Shown piece after piece: positions 60,656-64,000 of a stretch of 64,000 nucleotides of DNA. This stretch comes from Macrostomum lignano (lineage: Eukaryota). A program made the translations under genes and the position numbers. Position 1 is the first letter of the stretch; every line of letters begins with the position of its first letter. The notes below the pieces were generated by a model. That model saw only the letters and a list, made by a program, of their open reading frames with translations, was not told the DNA's origin and did not search any database. The stretch is from assembly GCA_002269645.1 (NCBI GenBank), contig NIVC01000093.1, positions 1 through 64,000 on the forward strand. Reading direction: 5' to 3'.

Positions 60656-62915
60656 ATGTTGGCAGTGTCAGCAACAGCAATCGCCCTGATGGTTCTGCTC
60701 GGCACAGCGGGCAACATTGCCGTGGTGTACGGCATGGCCCGTTTCGGCCGGGCCTCCAGCCCGTACTTCTTCATCATCACAATGATGGCCGCCATCGATC
60801 TCCTGGTCTGCCTGGTTGACGTACCGGTCTACGCAGTTTTCACTCTGAATTCATTCGAATGGCCGCTGCCCGAGTTGCTGTGCAAGCCCTACCTGATTCT
60901 GGACTACCTGCTGTGCAGCATGTCGTCTTACTGCGTCGCCATTCTGAGCTTCGATCGTTGCGTCTTGGTCTTCGAGCCGTTGCGCTATCAGAAGCTGCAA
61001 ACCAGGCGAAAGATTCTCTGCATCTTGGCTGGGGCATTTACTCTGGCTAATTTCCACACGCCGCTCATCCTGCTGTGGCCGGATGCTGGCCAGAGCTCGA
61101 GCAACAGCAGCAGTTTGACAGCCTCTGCTAGAACCTGCGCAGTCCAGTACGAGGAGCATCTGGGCATCCAGTTTGGCGGAGTTATGATTCAATTCTTTCT
61201 ACCGTTCGCCGCCACGGTGATCAGCAGCGGGCTGGTGTACCACCGCATGACTCGCAGGAAGCGGCTGTTCTTCAACGTTCAAGACGGTCTGGCTCACTTC
61301 ACCAGGCAGAACTCCATGGTTAGACAGGCCAATAAGGCTAGCAGGAAGGCAGGCCGGTGGCTGATCCTGTTTGACTCGGTCTACACTGCCATGTGGCTGC
61401 CCTGCATGGCGATGGTGCTGGCCAGGTGCGCCGTGTCTGCCGACCTGTTCTCGCCTAGTCAGCCGCTATTTCACCTGTTCCAGGTGGGTAGCCAGACAAA
61501 TACTGCATGAAGGAGTCGATTATATGATTTAGAAATTCACTATCGATAATATTATGTTAATTGGTAGATAAGGTAGTCAATTGGTAGATAAAGCAGTCGA
61601 TTGGTAGATAAGGTAGTCGATTAGTATATATACACTGCAAGGTAGTCGATTGGTAGATAAGGTAGTCGATTGATAGATAAGGTAGTCGATTGGTAGATAA
61701 GGTAGTCGATTGGTAGATAAGGTAGTCGATTAGTAGATTCTATATAAGGTAGTCAATTGGTAGATACATGTATAAGGTTAGTCGATTGGTAGATATAAGG
61801 TACTCGATTGGTAGATATAAGGTAGTCGATTGGTAGATAAGGTAGTCTATTGGTAAATTAGATAATCGATGACGATTAGTAGATAAAAGATAGTCAATTA
61901 GTAGATATAAGGTAGTCGATTAGTAAATATAACGTAGTCGTATATTGGTAGATAAGGTAGTTGTAGATTGATAGATAAGGTAGTCGTAAATAGGTAGATA
62001 AGGCAGTTGTAGATTGGTAGAAAATAAACTGCAACCATAAATAGCTAATAAATTTTCCAATTCAACAATTTTTGTTGATTTCCATGATAGCGGAAACAAC
62101 CTTACCATTATTTTTCGCTCTGAACACCTGCCTGCAGGTATGCTGGTGGCTGCTCCTATGCAACAGCGCAGTCAACCCATTCTTATACATCCAGTCCTGC
62201 GATCCTGTCTGCTACTTCTACCTCAGCCAGTTCTGCTGCTGCTGTCCCTGCGTTGTGAGGCGTTCTGACCTTCGATCTAGGCGAACCAGCTCGGTGATGT
62301 ACCAGCAGCAGCATCATCAGCATCATCAACAGCAGCATCATCTGTCGCTATCTTTGCAGCCATCTCAGGAGCCTCTGACTCTGGCGAGGTGTAACTCGTT
62401 CAATCAAGGAGGTATATTTGTCTGTGCCTGAAAGATTGCACATAAAAATATGCTTGCTTTTAGCAATTTTAATCAAGTGAAACTTGACAAAATCAGCTGG
62501 CAATATCGACAAACTATATTATACATGTACAGTGCACATGTACATATAATTCATTCTACTGTACAAACCACAGCTACCTGTGAGGGCCAGCCAACAAGGC
62601 ACAGATAGTGTACATGCGTGAAAAGATTAGAAAGTTAGCGAAATGGGCAGAATTGTCTCAGCCAGAGCTGATTGCATGGGACAATGTATCTATAAATCCC
62701 ATCATTTTCACCGGCAAGGTACCCACCTGGAGCTGCTGCCATCGACTGTAGCGTCGCGGATCTCGAACGTTAACACGCCTACAACTCCCGACAACATGCC
62801 CTGTCAAGTCGGTATCAGCCGGTCAGCCACGTACAGCAGCTGCAATTCCAGAACTCTGCTGCTAGTAGCAGCCGGCGGCAGCCGGGGGCCGGCCGGCAAA
62901 CCTGGCGCTCCATGA
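60656..62915 (+). CDS. Class A (rhodopsin-like) GPCR, aminergic histamine-H3/muscarinic-like; 5' end uncertain
   Basis: Exons 60656-61483, 62138-62411 and probably 62719-62915 (read-through of the 62411 donor would stop at 62431). TM1 GTAGN, TM2 MAAIDLLV, EWPL...LCKPYLILDYLLC (D3.32), LSFDRC...PLRY, TM5 QFFLPF, TM6 MWLP and TM7 WWLLLCNSAVNPFLY. Confidence 0.9.
61560..62020. repeat. ~20-bp intronic minisatellite (GGTAGATAAGGTAGTCGATT)n
   Basis: Degenerate tandem copies in GPCR intron 1. Confidence 0.88.
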
Positions 62916-63069
62916 TTGACAGTTGAAATATCGATTTGAGATTTCGATCGTTTTCATTCCATCTTTGCAATGCAATCTTCATTCTATTTAAATTTTGACT
63001 AGTTAGGAGTTTAATTTGTCTGGAATTAAACTGGTAAGTCCTTCCTTTGTTTGTTGATTGATAATTTCC

Positions 63070-63620
63070 ATTGTTTATGTCTATGGTATGTCTACGGTAT
63101 GTATATGGTATGTCTACGGTATGTATATGGTAATGTCTACGGTATGTATATGGTATGTCTACGGTATGTAGACATACGGTATGGTATGTCTACGGTATGT
63201 ACATGGTATGTCTATAGTATATCTACGGTATGTATACGGTACGTCTACGGTATGTCCATGGTACGTCTACGGTACGTCTACGGTACGTCTATGGTATGTC
63301 TACGGTACGTCTACGGTATGTCTATGGTATGTCTACGGTACGTCTATGGCATCTACGTATGTTTAAGGTATGTCTATGGTATGTCTACTGCATGTGTATG
63401 GTATGTAAACGATGCGCCTACGGTGTGCCCATGTGTGTCTACGGTATGTGTACTGTATGTCTATGATATTTCTACGGTATGTCTACGGTATGTCTACTGT
63501 ATGTTTACGGTATGTCTACGGTATGTCTACTGTATGTTTACGGTATGTCTACGGTATGTCTACTGTATGTTTACGGTATGTCTACGGTATGTCTACTGTA
63601 TGTTTACGGTATGTCTACGG
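63070..63620. repeat. 11-bp minisatellite (GGTATGTCTAC)n
   Basis: Degenerate tandem copies. Confidence 0.9.
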
Positions 63621-64000
63621 TTATAAATTCACGCTCGTATACATATTTATCATTATGATTGCAAACTCTTCTAATAAAGTGCAATAAGTATTTTGATTGT
63701 TGTTGTCGATTGCAAAACATATTTTAATATTAAAATTTTACATAAAACTGTTTATTCACCTAGGAAACATTAATGTAAAAAGCATAATTTGCGAGAATTT
63801 TAGCGCATACGATTTCTCTGTTCTAGCACAGTAAAGTACATGTACTGAGTTCATACTGCAGTAGTCTAATGGACCAGTAAATTGTTGTATATATCACTTC
63901 AATTTTTCGCGCTTATTGAAATTTGCTTTATCTCAAATATTTCTGCGTTGCATGTCTTTTTTATCGGTGATGACAATTATTTGTGTTTTATTTGATAATT

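Noticed and set aside
60187-60795. 202-aa poly-Leu ORF on the minus strand
   Set aside because: Antisense reading of the purine-rich 12-bp repeat and GPCR exon.

Overview
This is repeat-rich eukaryotic (animal) genomic DNA. GC-rich, CAG/AGC-tract-laden exons among AT-rich introns full of micro- and minisatellites suggest a free-living flatworm such as Macrostomum, but this is an inference, not shown. Four spliced genes can be reconstructed with phase-consistent GT-AG junctions: a Shaw/Kv3-like potassium channel (minus, 24116-29774, 764 aa) with an atypical S4 and S6; a Cdc25 phosphatase (minus, 41382-46563); a cofactor-dependent phosphoglycerate mutase (plus, 51974-53433, 251 aa); and an aminergic-type class A GPCR (plus, ~60656-62915). 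A large ATG-less terminal exon of an unknown membrane-anchored protein lies at 14968-16290. The rest is a 9.4-kb ~238-bp satellite with higher-order structure, many mini/microsatellites, several non-autonomous DNA transposons (at least two with 8-bp target-site duplications), a tRNA-derived SINE and a retroelement-like island. A minimal Penelope-type hammerhead ribozyme (minus, 37399-37439) is embedded in a (GATA)n tract. Most ORF-track entries are translations of tandem repeats and are not genes.
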